64,000 nt of DNA from Candidatus Woesearchaeota archaeon (GTDB taxonomy: Archaea; Nanobdellota; Nanobdellia; Woesearchaeales; BM511): positions 9,382 through 73,381 of the forward strand of contig PKTL01000069.1 of the NCBI GenBank assembly GCA_002867475.1, read 5' to 3'. The position numbers were made by a program, and so were the translations under genes. Below are positions 21,519 through 32,634 of the stretch, piece by piece (the stretch's first letter is position 1; every line of letters starts with the position of its first letter). The notes below the pieces were generated by a model. It was not told the origin of the DNA. It saw only the letters and a program-made list of their open reading frames with translations, and searched no databases.

Positions 21519-21603
21519 TCTCGCTTAATTTTCTTTTATTTTTTATCTTTTTCTACTTTAAAATAACAAACTATTTAAACCTATTAATCCAGAAAGTTAT
21601 TGG

Positions 21604-22746
21604 ATGGGTGCAGGGACTAGTATAATTGAAATGTTTCCTTTGACTAAAGAGGAAATAATAATAACCTTATCAGATACATATTCTACTTTTGAAGAACATG
21701 ATTTTGATATATATGAATATCCTTACATAGTTGAAATGTTAAAGAATAGATCTAAAACACAGACATTTGAACTGGATAAAAGATCTATGTTGGATGATAT
21801 TGGTATGTTCGCAAATTACTTGCTTGATGCCCCAAAAAATTATTCCGAAATAATTTCTGATTACTTGAAAAAAGACCATCCTGATTTTGTTCTTAGAAAA
21901 GCGTTAGCTCACATGTTTGCCGCTTCTCTTTACATACAAGATATAAGTAATGAACCTATTCAAGCAGTTGAATTTACACAATTTAATAATCCTGATGATT
22001 TTGATGAAAGATTGCTTGAGGCAAAAATAGTGATTGGAAATCTTGATCGATTTGAAAATGAAAAAAAATTACCTTTTTCCAATTATATTCAAACACTTAA
22101 CACCATACTTGAAAATGAACTTTATCTGCTAACTGGAAGTGATGCAAGAGAATTCTACCTTAGAAAAGCAGAAAGATTGAAAGAAAAAGGGATCTGTACA
22201 TTGTTTGATAAAGAGTTGGAATCTGAAAGCTATCATGAATTCAAGAATGGTGAAATCATTAGAAATGGAAACGATTTTCTCAAACGATATGCTTCAGAGG
22301 ATAGTTGGAATATAAAATCTGAAAATGAGGATGTGGTGCCGCGATTGAAAGAATTATTATTTTCACATTATGAAAACATGGGATGTAACCTTGATAGATT
22401 GGATGATGAAGAAGTTTTTGAATATTATTCTAATTCTGCAAAAGCTTTCTTATTTTTATCAGGATTTGAAAAACGATCAAGTATTGATTCTTATGTTAAA
22501 AGCGCTGAAAAAGCATTGGATGCTATAACTGAAGGGATAAGGTTCAATCCGTTAAGAATGGAATTTTATGATATATTTATCAAGTATAATAAGCTAGGTT
22601 TGCCTATTCCTTATGAGGTTTTGCATGAAGTTGTAGATTCATATGAAGAAGAATTCTCCAATTATGGTTATATGATAACTGATAACAGATCAGCTGATGA
22701 ATTGAAGGATATAGATGAAGGCATAAGATTATTAAAAGAGGCTTAA
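21604..22746 (+). CDS. Hypothetical protein
   Basis: 380-aa ORF, no recognisable motif. Confidence 0.65.
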   Translation: MGAGTSIIEMFPLTKEEIIITLSDTYSTFEEHDFDIYEYPYIVEMLKNRSKTQTFELDKRSMLDDIGMFANYLLDAPKNYSEIISDYLKKDHPDFVLRKALAHMFAASLYIQDISNEPIQAVEFTQFNNPDDFDERLLEAKIVIGNLDRFENEKKLPFSNYIQTLNTILENELYLLTGSDAREFYLRKAERLKEKGICTLFDKELESESYHEFKNGEIIRNGNDFLKRYASEDSWNIKSENEDVVPRLKELLFSHYENMGCNLDRLDDEEVFEYYSNSAKAFLFLSGFEKRSSIDSYVKSAEKALDAITEGIRFNPLRMEFYDIFIKYNKLGLPIPYEVLHEVVDSYEEEFSNYGYMITDNRSADELKDIDEGIRLLKEA

Positions 22747-23328
22747 TAAAGTCAATATCACGCCGCTAATTAAAGGTATACTGAGGTTATCATCTATCCT
22801 GTATTTGAATTCTACAGCTTCTAGAACCATTGCAAATAGGCTTGCTATAAATGCGTGAATCATTGGCACAACAACGCTTGCAGCAAGGGTTGAAAATATG
22901 ATTCCAGCAATTGTTCCTTCAATCAATTTTTTCTCATTGAATATCTTTATTGAAGTCTTTCCATATTTCAATCCTATCAATGGACTTATAGAATCTCCAA
23001 CTGAAAGTATTAGGATGCTTGCAGTAACTATATCTTTATTGAAACCAAATATTATCATCGTCAAAAAGCTGCCGATTAAGAAATTTAAAGCACCAAGGCC
23101 TTCATATTTAATATCTGGTCTTTCAAAATGCCTTATAAAAAAATTGATATATTTGATTTTCTTTTTCTTATGTATAAGTATAACTATTGATGCTGCAATT
23201 ATTGCAAAAAATATGTCTCTTGGCCCGATATGCTCAAAATAATATAAAACTGCCAAGACCAATCCAAACAATAGGTGGAAAATTTGTCTTTTTATTTCCA
23301 GATGTATTTTTCCAGATATTTGAACCAC
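22732..23328 (-). CDS. Dolichol/phytol kinase-like membrane protein
   Basis: RQIFH, GDS.S...G, K..EG, DDN..IP. Confidence 0.85.
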   Translation of the reverse strand: MVQISGKIHLEIKRQIFHLLFGLVLAVLYYFEHIGPRDIFFAIIAASIVILIHKKKKIKYINFFIRHFERPDIKYEGLGALNFLIGSFLTMIIFGFNKDIVTASILILSVGDSISPLIGLKYGKTSIKIFNEKKLIEGTIAGIIFSTLAASVVVPMIHAFIASLFAMVLEAVEFKYRIDDNLSIPLISGVILTLLSLF

Positions 23329-23897
23329 CCATATCTTTTTTCTAGTAATAATATTCCTTCTCCTATAACAAGACCTATAAGAACTCCATATATCACATCA
23401 CTAAAATAATGCACACCTAAATACAATCTTGATAATCCAACCATGACACCAATAAAAATCCATAGACGCTTATGATGTGAAAATGTATTATCAAGTATAG
23501 GTATCATAGCAAATATTATTGCTGTGTGAAGTGAAGGAAAACTATAATCTATAAGATTGAAAAATATGACTAATTCGATCCCGTTTGGTCTAGGTCTCAT
23601 AACAAGAAATTTGAAATAATAAACAACAAGTAACGTCAATATCAATGAAGTTAGTATTGCTATTGACCATTTGTGATCTTTTTTTATCGCAAGCATTGAT
23701 ATAGTCACTACTAATATAAAACCAACAATTATTGAGATATTACTAAAAAAAGAGAATATTATATCAAATAAAGAATTGTGTGTCTTTAGCATTAACTCAC
23801 TTACAACACCATCAAATAAGAATGATAAAGGCGTTAATAATATCGTTGCTAGATAGAAATATTGCTTGTTTTCATTCCTTAAAATGGTTGCGTTCAT
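23292..23897 (-). CDS. PAP2-family phosphatase
   Basis: K....RPRP, SFPS.H, SRLYLGVHY.SD. Confidence 0.9.
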   Translation of the reverse strand: MNATILRNENKQYFYLATILLTPLSFLFDGVVSELMLKTHNSLFDIIFSFFSNISIIVGFILVVTISMLAIKKDHKWSIAILTSLILTLLVVYYFKFLVMRPRPNGIELVIFFNLIDYSFPSLHTAIIFAMIPILDNTFSHHKRLWIFIGVMVGLSRLYLGVHYFSDVIYGVLIGLVIGEGILLLEKRYGWFKYLEKYIWK

Positions 23898-24469
23898 TTT
23901 TCCCTCTTATTATATATGAAATAAACTATTGCGAGTATAATTATTGCTATTATGCTTATGATATTGAAATATTTATCTATGAAATTTTGTATGGCAACGC
24001 CATAAAGCATCAATAGTGTTGCTACTATAAAAAACCTCGCACCTCTGCTGATTGAGCTTACAATGATGAATTTTTTAAAATCTATATAGAAAACCCCTGC
24101 CGAAACAGCAAATAGCTTGTAAGGAAGAGGTGTGAATCCCCCTATAGCCACAGCCAAGGTTTCATATTTCTCATAATAATCATGAACTATATCTATCTTC
24201 TTTTTTGAAAACATCTTTTTTAGTATCGGAAGACCCAAATATTCACCAAGCTTATATCCAACAGCCCCACCTAAAATAGACCCTAGCAAGGTTATGAATG
24301 CAAAAAACAAAGCCATTTCTGGGTTTGCTAAGCAAAGAACTATGAGAAGAAAATCTACAGGAATCGGGAAAAATATTGATTCTATAAATGCCAATATAAA
24401 TAATCCTACAGGACCTAATGGAGCAAATGTATCTTTTGTCCAATCAAGTAAACCATTGACAAATCCCAT
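23894..24469 (-). CDS. DedA/YqaA-family membrane protein
   Basis: AFIESIFFPIP.D, FTPLPYK, RGARF. Confidence 0.9.
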   Translation of the reverse strand: MGFVNGLLDWTKDTFAPLGPVGLFILAFIESIFFPIPVDFLLIVLCLANPEMALFFAFITLLGSILGGAVGYKLGEYLGLPILKKMFSKKKIDIVHDYYEKYETLAVAIGGFTPLPYKLFAVSAGVFYIDFKKFIIVSSISRGARFFIVATLLMLYGVAIQNFIDKYFNIISIIAIIILAIVYFIYNKREK

Positions 24470-25729
24470 TTATAATACCTCTTTTTTTATTGCTTTAACC
24501 CTTTCTTTTACATATGTTTCTTTTATCAAAAAATTTGCTATCTGAAGAGGTTTAATGAATTTCCTTTCAACCTTTGCATAAAATCTTCCATTTCTTACAT
24601 AAACATTGTCATGCTTTGCTCTAAACCTTGTTGAATCTTCAAGTATCTTTGTTGGTGGACCTCTTTTTTCTAATTCTTTTTCTAATTCTTTTCCATCAAT
24701 AAAAAAATAGAAACATACATCTTTTTCTTTATCCCAATTCCAACCTTTCCTTTTGGTCTTGAAATCGTTTCTTTTTAATTCTTTAGCTAGATATTCATAT
24801 ACTTTGACAAGCTTTGCACCGACAACATCAGTTTTTCCAGGTAAAGCCTTTGCATAAAATATTATTATTTTTTCATCGTTAGCTTTCTCTTTTTTTATCT
24901 TATTAAGGTCAAACTTCTTTTTCTTGAAGAATTCTTTACTTGGATTCTTTAGGAACTCTTTTGCTTTTTCCTTGAAAAGATCAAACTTTTCTTCTGAAAG
25001 TGCAGCTGCTGCATTTCTATCTGGTTGTACAGGATCAACAATTATCAAAGGAGATAAAACTTTAGAACTATTAAGATCATTGAAAGGATCATCCAAATGA
25101 TGTTCTATATCTATTATTTCTTTGTCTTTCCAATCTTGAGAAGCATTAAGAACATCTAAAAATGAGCCATAATGGATTGTCATTATATCAATTATGTGTC
25201 CAGAAAAACCACCTATATAGCTTTCAGCACCATAAAGATCATTTGCTTTACAGAATTGTTTTAGAAGTCTTATTTCGGATAAAAGTTTATTATTGCTATT
25301 CTTTTTTACCCACTCTACATGAAAAGGGCTCATATCTGTGACATTTTTTGCCATCTTATAATTATCTATATATAATACTGGCACTAATTCGAATACTAAT
25401 TTTTTATCAGTGATCTGGAAATAATCTCTGCTTCCATGAACTTTTTCATAATCAAAATTTCCTTTGAGCGCTTTTTCAAGCTCTTTACTAATATCTTTAT
25501 TTTCATATTTTTCAAAATTGAACCGTACAAAAAGATCAACATCATGATCATCTTTGATCAAGGTTCCTTTAGCAACGCTTCCACCAGGAACGCAGATTGC
25601 ATCGATTTTTTTTGATGATAATAATTCGTTTAGATCTTTGATGAAAACATTTACCTTCTCAATAAATTTCTTATTGGGTTCAAGTGTTTTCGAAACCTCT
25701 TTCAACATCCCTGCTAGTCCCATAGACAT
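24470..25729 (-). CDS. cca: Archaeal class I CCA-adding enzyme
   Basis: GGSVAKGT....DVD, GAES...GFSG, DPV...RNAAA. Confidence 0.93.
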   Translation of the reverse strand: MSMGLAGMLKEVSKTLEPNKKFIEKVNVFIKDLNELLSSKKIDAICVPGGSVAKGTLIKDDHDVDLFVRFNFEKYENKDISKELEKALKGNFDYEKVHGSRDYFQITDKKLVFELVPVLYIDNYKMAKNVTDMSPFHVEWVKKNSNNKLLSEIRLLKQFCKANDLYGAESYIGGFSGHIIDIMTIHYGSFLDVLNASQDWKDKEIIDIEHHLDDPFNDLNSSKVLSPLIIVDPVQPDRNAAAALSEEKFDLFKEKAKEFLKNPSKEFFKKKKFDLNKIKKEKANDEKIIIFYAKALPGKTDVVGAKLVKVYEYLAKELKRNDFKTKRKGWNWDKEKDVCFYFFIDGKELEKELEKRGPPTKILEDSTRFRAKHDNVYVRNGRFYAKVERKFIKPLQIANFLIKETYVKERVKAIKKEVL

Positions 25730-25839
25730 TTTTGTTAGTGCATCTATTTATATAGTCTTTGAAAATGAACTTATTTCCCTCTTTGCTCCACCAAAAGCTT
25801 TATAAACCAGTAATCATCAAAAATAATCTAGGTGGGAAC

Positions 25840-27252
25840 ATGATAAAAAAGAGCATTCCTTTAATGATATTCTTTCTTTTAATTATGAGTATCTCTTTTG
25901 CAGATGTAAATGTAGAGATAACTCCAATAACTGATGTGATATTTGAAGATGAAGTTGCATTATTTGAGCTTAAGATCATAAATACTGATTCTTTTGAGCA
26001 CTATTTTGAGCGACCTTCAACATATCAAGTCGATTGGGTCACTTACACATCTCCAGGTTCCATAGTTGTTCCTGCAAATAGCATTCAAATATTTAATCTT
26101 ACACTAGATCCTAAAATCACAGTGAGGCCAGGTCAACAAGAAGTCCTTGTGTCATTCAAGTCTCCAAATCTTGATGACTCAATTGATGAGAACATTCTTG
26201 TCCTTGTTAAATCCTTGAATCAAATAGCTCCTGAGTATAAGATATCTATTGCTCTTGGTGCTGATGCCCCTTATGATGTTGATCCTAGAGAAAAGCTTCC
26301 AGTGACTGTTTATTTAAGAAATAGGAATCCCATCAATATAGCTAATCTAACAATCTCTATAAAAAGTGATCTCATTGAGAGAGAAGTAAGTTTTCCATTT
26401 GAACCTATGGAAGAAAAGACTGAGAAGATAATGTTTGATCTTGATAGATATCAAGTGCCTACTGAAGATGAGATTTCTGTTGAAGTTGTCATTAACAATA
26501 AAACTTTCAACCAGAAAACTTTACCTATAAGAGTGATTGAATATTCTGATCTTGAAGAAAAAGTTATTATGAAGGAGTCTTTGTTGAAGACCACTTGGGC
26601 TATAGAATTGACAAATGAAGGTAATGTTGTAAATAATGGAGGGTATCTTTTCCCTGTTACTAAATTAAGTAACCTTTTCACTTCAACAGAGCCTGAGACT
26701 GAACTTATTAAAGGTGATGAGCAATATAGAAATTTTAATCTTGTCTTTGAACCTTTAGACACTCAAACAATATATGTTGAGACTAATTATAGAAGTATAC
26801 TTTATACTCTTATTATTATAATATTGTCTGTGACAGCTTATTACTTGTATAGAAGTCCAATAGTCTTAAAGAAAAGAATCATACCTATACATGGAGAAGA
26901 TGGCGCTGTTAATGAGTTCCACATAAGGCTTCTTGTAATGAACAGGACAAAACAACCTGTTGAGAATATCAGCATTACGGAGATTGTACCAAAGATTGTT
27001 AGTGTGGTAAAAGAGCATGATATCGGAACAATTGAGCCTTCTAAAGTTATCAAGCATGATAAGAAAGGGACATTACTTAAATGGGAGATAAATTATCTTG
27101 AACCTTTTGAAGAAAGGATAATTACTTTCAAGATTATTTCAAAGCTAGGTATTGTTGGAAGTATGGTTCTTCCTAAGACAAAAGCTAAGTTTGAGACAAG
27201 CAAAGGACATCATAGGATAACTTATTCTGGAAAAGAATCATTAAAGATTTAA
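25840..27252 (+). CDS. Secreted/membrane Ig-fold protein
   Basis: Signal peptide, beta-rich ectodomain, one TM. Confidence 0.7.
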   Translation: MIKKSIPLMIFFLLIMSISFADVNVEITPITDVIFEDEVALFELKIINTDSFEHYFERPSTYQVDWVTYTSPGSIVVPANSIQIFNLTLDPKITVRPGQQEVLVSFKSPNLDDSIDENILVLVKSLNQIAPEYKISIALGADAPYDVDPREKLPVTVYLRNRNPINIANLTISIKSDLIEREVSFPFEPMEEKTEKIMFDLDRYQVPTEDEISVEVVINNKTFNQKTLPIRVIEYSDLEEKVIMKESLLKTTWAIELTNEGNVVNNGGYLFPVTKLSNLFTSTEPETELIKGDEQYRNFNLVFEPLDTQTIYVETNYRSILYTLIIIILSVTAYYLYRSPIVLKKRIIPIHGEDGAVNEFHIRLLVMNRTKQPVENISITEIVPKIVSVVKEHDIGTIEPSKVIKHDKKGTLLKWEINYLEPFEERIITFKIISKLGIVGSMVLPKTKAKFETSKGHHRITYSGKESLKI

Positions 27253-27302
27253 TGATACTTTTTTACATAAATTTTTTAAATAGTTCATGTTGAGTAAATC
27301 AT

Positions 27303-27938
27303 ATGGAAAAAATAAAATCATATTATAAAAAAAATAAAGGAAAATCTTTATTGATTGGTCTTTTCATAGTTATTGTTAGCCTTATATTGATCAATAACCT
27401 TGTTAAACCAGCATATCCTGATGTTTATGTACCAAGGCCTGTTGAAGGTAATGCTGACGCGAAAGTTACACTGACAGAATTTAGCGATTATGAATGTCCT
27501 GCGTGTAAAGTTGCTTATTTTGATGTTCAAAGACTTCTTGATGAATATTCTGATGATATCAAGATAGAATACAAGCATCTTCCATTAAGATCGATTCACC
27601 CTTATGCTCAAAAAGCTGCTGAAGCTGCTGAATGCGCTAATGATCAAGGCAAGTTTTGGGAATATACAGACTTATTATTTAAGAATAGTCCTGAGCTTTC
27701 CAAGACACACCTAAAGGTCTATGCTGAAGAGACAGGCTTGAATAAGAGCTTTGAAGCATGTCTTGAGAGTGGTTCGAAGGAAAAGGTTGTAGAAACTGAT
27801 TTTAGGGAAGCTTTACGTCTTGGAATACAAGGAACGCCGACATTCTTTGTGAATGGGGAGCAGATGACTTATGTTAATGGAATGACAAGATATGACATCT
27901 TAAAGAAAATGATCGAGGATGAATTATCTTCATCTTGA
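27303..27938 (+). CDS. DsbA-family thiol-disulfide oxidoreductase
   Basis: FSDYECPAC, GTPTF. Confidence 0.92.
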   Translation: MEKIKSYYKKNKGKSLLIGLFIVIVSLILINNLVKPAYPDVYVPRPVEGNADAKVTLTEFSDYECPACKVAYFDVQRLLDEYSDDIKIEYKHLPLRSIHPYAQKAAEAAECANDQGKFWEYTDLLFKNSPELSKTHLKVYAEETGLNKSFEACLESGSKEKVVETDFREALRLGIQGTPTFFVNGEQMTYVNGMTRYDILKKMIEDELSSS

Positions 27939-28009
27939 TTTATTTTTTGACACTTCTTTAAAGTAGTATAAATAAAAAGATTTATATTAAAGTTATAACT
28001 TGATTACTT

Positions 28010-29014
28010 ATGCAACCAATAACTCAACTAATAGAAACAGCAAAACATTTGTTCGGATCAGGACATGATTCAAAAGAAATACTCCAACTTGAAGATGATA
28101 TTGCTCACATGAAGTCAGCATATGAAAAGACTAATTCTCATGAAGCTAGACGTGCTCAAGCATTAGTACAGATAGCTGAAGATGAACTTATATTCAAGAA
28201 AAGAAATTTTCTTGCATCAAAAGGAAAAAAATATAATGGTCTCGAAACAGTCCTTAAGATGTATGACTTGGGAAACCTTCGAGGCGTGCAAGACCTATTA
28301 TCCATAAATCCTGAAGTTTTTCATTTAGGAACTCGTAGAAATTTTGATCTATATTCAATAGTTGCTAAAGAAAGCCCTCATTTTTTAGAAAACCTTGCAA
28401 AGATGGCAAGTGTTGAAGATTCAGCATTAATAATGGGTATAGATACGGGTTTTGGAAATAGAAAAGAAGAAATCGAAAATGAAGGTTATGAAATTTCTGC
28501 AAGAGATGAAATTTTTCTATCAAGTAGAGAATATGAAAATGTTGATAACTCTCTAGGTTACGCTTTTTGCAGTTTGAAAAAAGTTAAAGGAACTTTTGAC
28601 TATAACAGTAATTCATTAGTGCTTTTAGGAAAGAAAGAAGATCTTACTGACGAACTTTTGTCAGATCACATAGCATTAAGATGGACTGATAAAGAAATTG
28701 AAAATGTTTCTTTCGACAGATTTTTAGGTGAAGAAAAATGGATAACTCCTCCTTCTATAGAAGAAGAAAAAGCGATAATTCAGATGACTGAAGCTTACAC
28801 AGTACATCTTCTACAAAACGGGTATAAAGGAGAAAGAAGAGATCCATTCCAATCAATGATGGATGGAGCTTTTGGAATTAGAAAATACAATCCTCCTAGC
28901 GTTTCAAAAGAAGGAACATATGGCATTAGACTTGATGACGTTAAAGATTTTATAGAAACTATTCATTTGACAAACAAGGTAGTTGACCATCTTAAAAGAT
29001 ATGACGCTATCTAA
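28010..29014 (+). CDS. Hypothetical protein
   Basis: 334-aa ORF. Confidence 0.65.
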   Translation: MQPITQLIETAKHLFGSGHDSKEILQLEDDIAHMKSAYEKTNSHEARRAQALVQIAEDELIFKKRNFLASKGKKYNGLETVLKMYDLGNLRGVQDLLSINPEVFHLGTRRNFDLYSIVAKESPHFLENLAKMASVEDSALIMGIDTGFGNRKEEIENEGYEISARDEIFLSSREYENVDNSLGYAFCSLKKVKGTFDYNSNSLVLLGKKEDLTDELLSDHIALRWTDKEIENVSFDRFLGEEKWITPPSIEEEKAIIQMTEAYTVHLLQNGYKGERRDPFQSMMDGAFGIRKYNPPSVSKEGTYGIRLDDVKDFIETIHLTNKVVDHLKRYDAI

Positions 29015-29091
29015 TTTTTATTTTTTTTATTAAACTTAATTCTCAGTAAATTTTATAAAGGAGATAAATTTCCAAATATTAACATTCACAT

Positions 29092-29201
29092 GCTGCGATG
29101 GGACAATCTGGTACTCCACCGGCCTTGAGATTAAAAACAAGGTTTTTATACGAGTTAGCCGGCTTGCTTTGCATATCCCGGTTCAAATCCGGGTCGCAGC
29201 G
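29092..29201 (+). tRNA. tRNA-Ser(TGA) with 27-nt intron (29130-29156)
   Basis: GCTGCGA/TCGCAGC acceptor, CCGGC/GCCGG stem, TGA at 29126-29128, long variable arm, G discriminator. Confidence 0.88.
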
Positions 29202-29261
29202 CATTTTTTCTAATAATTTAAAATAGAATTTTTTATTAATAACTTAAATAAATTGTATATT

Positions 29262-29720
29262 ATGATTAAGATCAAATATGAAAACATTCTTGTTCCGATC
29301 CTTGTTGGAATTGTAATGAATTTGGTCAATTCAAACTTTTTGAAATTATTGTTTCATTATTTTCCCATAACTTTGGTCTGGACCTTTGGAAAGGGTGCTT
29401 GGTGGCTTTATGTGCCTTGGTACATCCAAATTTTATATGTGGGTATCGCAGCACCCGTGTTTGAAGAGTTGATATTTAGAAATCTTATTTTCAATTGGTT
29501 CTTGAAAAAGAAATATTTCACTTATGGCCTTATTATTTCAAGTGTATTATTTGGCTTTTGGCATATGGTTTCAGGCTGGGGAATCCTTAAAGCTATAGAT
29601 ATGATCTTTGTGGGGATAATATTTGCTTTAATATATAATAAATATGGATTTAAAGGATCTCTAATAGCTCACCTTTCAAATAATTGGTTATCCTTGTTTT
29701 TTTTACTTGTCTTAAATTAG
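29262..29720 (+). CDS. CPBP/CAAX intramembrane metalloprotease
   Basis: EELIFR, FG.WH, H..NN. Confidence 0.88.
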   Translation: MIKIKYENILVPILVGIVMNLVNSNFLKLLFHYFPITLVWTFGKGAWWLYVPWYIQILYVGIAAPVFEELIFRNLIFNWFLKKKYFTYGLIISSVLFGFWHMVSGWGILKAIDMIFVGIIFALIYNKYGFKGSLIAHLSNNWLSLFFLLVLN

Positions 29721-29884
29721 CGAGCCTAACCGAAAAAATTGCAAAAATACGTTTTTAAAAGTTACGCAATGTTTATAAATAAACTTATAAAAAACAGAAA
29801 CCTTTATAAATAATGACATAACTTTCTTTTTAAAAGTTAGGGTTTATAGAGATATAACTCTCTATATTGCAGGGGGTAGCAACC

Positions 29885-30826
29885 ATGTCAAGAGATGATC
29901 ATTACGTAAAAAAATGCCCAGAATGTGGCGGTATAAACTTATTCTGGAACAAAGATAAAGGAGAAATAATCTGTCGAGACTGCGGACTAGTCGTAGAAGA
30001 GAAAATGGTTGAATTCGGCCAGGAATGGAGAGAATTCGACGGAGACGACGCAGACAAGAGAAGAAGAACAGGAGCTCCAATAACATACACTCAATACGAT
30101 AAAGGTTTAGGTACTGAAATAGGAAGAAAAGCAGACCTATATGGCCTAGATGGAAAAGGCAAATCAAAATTCTTTAGATTAAGAAAATGGCAATACAGGA
30201 TAAGTACTGCAATTGAAAGAAATCTAAAACTAGCACTTGCTGAACTAAAAAGAGTCAGTTCATTCTTGAAGATTCCTAAAAGCGTTGAAGAAGAAGCTGC
30301 AAGGATATATACATTAGCTGTTCAAAGAGGACTTGTTAGAGGAAGAAGTATGGAATCTGTTGTTGCAGGAGCACTTTACGCGGCTTGTAGAAGACATGAA
30401 GTTCCAAGAACTCTTGATGAACTAAGCGAATCAAGTGGTATAGAGAAAAAAGAAGTTGGAAGAACATATAGGTTTATCACAAGAGAACTTCAAATCTCAA
30501 TAATGCCAAGTAATCCAGCTGATTACATTCCAAGATTTTCAAGCGCTTTAAAACTTACACCTGAGACTCAAAGTAAATCTATTGAAATTATTGAACAAGC
30601 TCAGATCAAGGAGCTTACTAGCGGTAGAGGTCCAACAGGAATCGCTGCTGCAGGTCTTTACGTTGCAGCTTTGATCAATGGTGAGAAGCGAACACAAAGA
30701 GAAGTTGCTGATGTTGCTGGTGTGACAGAAGTTACTATCAGGAACAGGTATAAGGAACTTCTTGATAAGTTAGATCTTGAGAAAGAGATCAAAAAGACTA
30801 AAAAGCGTAAGAAAGGCGAAGAATAA
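29885..30826 (+). CDS. tfb: Transcription initiation factor TFB
   Basis: Zn ribbon CPECG...CRDCG, EWR.F, two cyclin repeats. Confidence 0.97.
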   Translation: MSRDDHYVKKCPECGGINLFWNKDKGEIICRDCGLVVEEKMVEFGQEWREFDGDDADKRRRTGAPITYTQYDKGLGTEIGRKADLYGLDGKGKSKFFRLRKWQYRISTAIERNLKLALAELKRVSSFLKIPKSVEEEAARIYTLAVQRGLVRGRSMESVVAGALYAACRRHEVPRTLDELSESSGIEKKEVGRTYRFITRELQISIMPSNPADYIPRFSSALKLTPETQSKSIEIIEQAQIKELTSGRGPTGIAAAGLYVAALINGEKRTQREVADVAGVTEVTIRNRYKELLDKLDLEKEIKKTKKRKKGEE

Positions 30827-30835
30827 GCAAGTAAA

Positions 30836-31258
30836 ATGCTGAAAGTCATTCTTGATACTAATTTTCTTTTTATTCCTTTTCAGTTCAATGTCGATATATT
30901 TATTGAGATCGATAGGATTATTGAAGAAAAATATGAATTATTCATATTAAAAGAAACTCTTGATGAGCTTGATTTCTTGATAGAAAAAGAAAAGGGTAAA
31001 AACAAGCAAAATGCGGTGCTTGCAAAGAAACTTGCCATGAGTAAAAACATACCTGTTCTTGACGTGTCAAAACAAAAAGACTTATATATTACTGACATTT
31101 CCAAAAACAATAAAGTAGATGACTTGCTGGTCGCGTTATCCGACAAGGACCACTTGGTGGCTACACTTGATTTAGAACTCAAAAAGAGGATAAGAAAAAA
31201 GGGTTCAAAGATTTTATATTTAAGATCAAAAGATCATCTCGAGATAGGAGGATTATAA
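30836..31258 (+). CDS. PIN-domain (Fcf1/Utp24-like) protein
   Basis: ILDTNFL, VAT.D..LK; conserved position before rpoE. Confidence 0.85.
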   Translation: MLKVILDTNFLFIPFQFNVDIFIEIDRIIEEKYELFILKETLDELDFLIEKEKGKNKQNAVLAKKLAMSKNIPVLDVSKQKDLYITDISKNNKVDDLLVALSDKDHLVATLDLELKKRIRKKGSKILYLRSKDHLEIGGL

Positions 31259-31816
31259 ATGTTTTACAAAACTTTAGTAAAGGATCATATAAGGGTTTCA
31301 CCTGAATTGTTTGCAAAACCTACAAAGGATGCAATCACAGAAGAGATCAAAAAACAATATGAAGGTTTCATCAATAAGGACATGGGAGTCGTAATTGATG
31401 TATATGATATCAGCAAGATCGATGAAGGCGTTGTCATCCCAGGTGATGGTGCTGCTTATTTTGATACAGAATTTACACTTATTACTTATAAACCTGAACT
31501 TCAGGAAGTGATTCCTGGACAGATAAAGGATATCGCTGACTTTGGTGCTTTCATAACAATGGGTCCTCTCGATGGTATGATTCATATATCTCAGACAATG
31601 GATGACTTCGTATCATTTAGCAAGGACAAAGTACTTCTTGGTAAAGAATCAAAAAGAAACCTAAAAGTTAATGATAAATGTAAAGCTAGAATAATCGCAG
31701 TTAGCTATAAAGACATAGCAAATCCAAAAATAGGACTTACTATGAGACAAGAGCAACTTGGAAAGCTTGAATGGATTGAAGAGACAAACCAAAAGAAAGC
31801 TGCTAAAAAAGAATAG
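31259..31816 (+). CDS. rpoE1: RNA polymerase subunit Rpo7 (E')
   Basis: PGDGA, GP.DG.IHISQ. Confidence 0.95.
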   Translation: MFYKTLVKDHIRVSPELFAKPTKDAITEEIKKQYEGFINKDMGVVIDVYDISKIDEGVVIPGDGAAYFDTEFTLITYKPELQEVIPGQIKDIADFGAFITMGPLDGMIHISQTMDDFVSFSKDKVLLGKESKRNLKVNDKCKARIIAVSYKDIANPKIGLTMRQEQLGKLEWIEETNQKKAAKKE

Positions 31817-31825
31817 GTGATCATT

Positions 31826-32011
31826 ATGAAGAAAAAAGCATGTAAGAAATGCAAAATCTTAGTTGAAGGTAATGAATGTCCAATCTGTAAGAAAAATCAA
31901 TTCTCAACAAACTGGCAAGGACAGATTGTAGTGATAGACACTGTAAAAAGTGAGATTGCTAAAGTTATGGGTTATGAGCATAAAGGAGATTATGCCATTA
32001 AAGTTAGGTAA
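31826..32011 (+). CDS. spt4: Transcription elongation factor Spt4 (RpoE'')
   Basis: AC..C...CP.C...W.G, S.IAK, YAIKVR. Confidence 0.93.
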   Translation: MKKKACKKCKILVEGNECPICKKNQFSTNWQGQIVVIDTVKSEIAKVMGYEHKGDYAIKVR

Positions 32012-32059
32012 TTAATCATATTAACCAATTTTTAATTTAAAAAAACGGTGAAGCAAAAA

Positions 32060-32458
32060 ATGGAATTAAACATATTAAAAGAAAAGGAAATACCTCTTCT
32101 TGAGCGAAAAAGAGTTACAGCAACAATCGCTTCGCAGGAAGGAAAAACGCCTTCTAGAGTTGATGTAATAAAAGCAGTAGCAAAAAAGCTTAAGACTAAA
32201 GAGGAAAATATTGTAGTTAGGCACATATATTCAAAGTTTGGTAGTGGCATAGCTAAAGCTATCATGCATGTATACAATGATGCGAAAACAAAAGTGAAGT
32301 TTGAAAGGAAAGGTCTTCTTGAGAAGCATGTGATTCCTGTAGAAGCTCCAAAGGAAGAAGAAAAAGCGCCTGAAGCTGCACCAGTAGAAGAAGCTCCTAT
32401 AGAGGAAGCAGAACCTGTTGCTACTGAAGAAAAAGCTGAAGAACCTAAGGAGGAATGA
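32060..32458 (+). CDS. rps24e: 30S ribosomal protein S24e
   Basis: PLLERK, TPSR motifs; operon position. Confidence 0.9.
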   Translation: MELNILKEKEIPLLERKRVTATIASQEGKTPSRVDVIKAVAKKLKTKEENIVVRHIYSKFGSGIAKAIMHVYNDAKTKVKFERKGLLEKHVIPVEAPKEEEKAPEAAPVEEAPIEEAEPVATEEKAEEPKEE

Positions 32459-32460
32459 AG

Positions 32461-32616
32461 ATGGGAAAAAAATCATTCGCAAATAAAGCACATACCATGT
32501 ATGAAGATGGTAAAGCTAAAAATAAGCCATGCCCTAAATGTGGTGATGGAATATTCTTAAGCGAACATAAGGACCGAAGGACTTGTGGTAAGTGCAAATA
32601 TATGGAAAAGAAGTAA
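32461..32616 (+). CDS. rps27ae: 30S ribosomal protein S27ae
   Basis: Manual translation: [22 protein letters not shown]; not in the ORF track. Confidence 0.92.
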   Translation: MGKKSFANKAHTMYEDGKAKNKPCPKCGDGIFLSEHKDRRTCGKCKYMEKK

Positions 32617-32634
32617 ATATTTTTTCTATTTTAA

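Noticed and set aside
29092-29201. Selenocysteine or suppressor tRNA
   Set aside because: The anticodon is TGA (reads UCA, Ser), not TCA.
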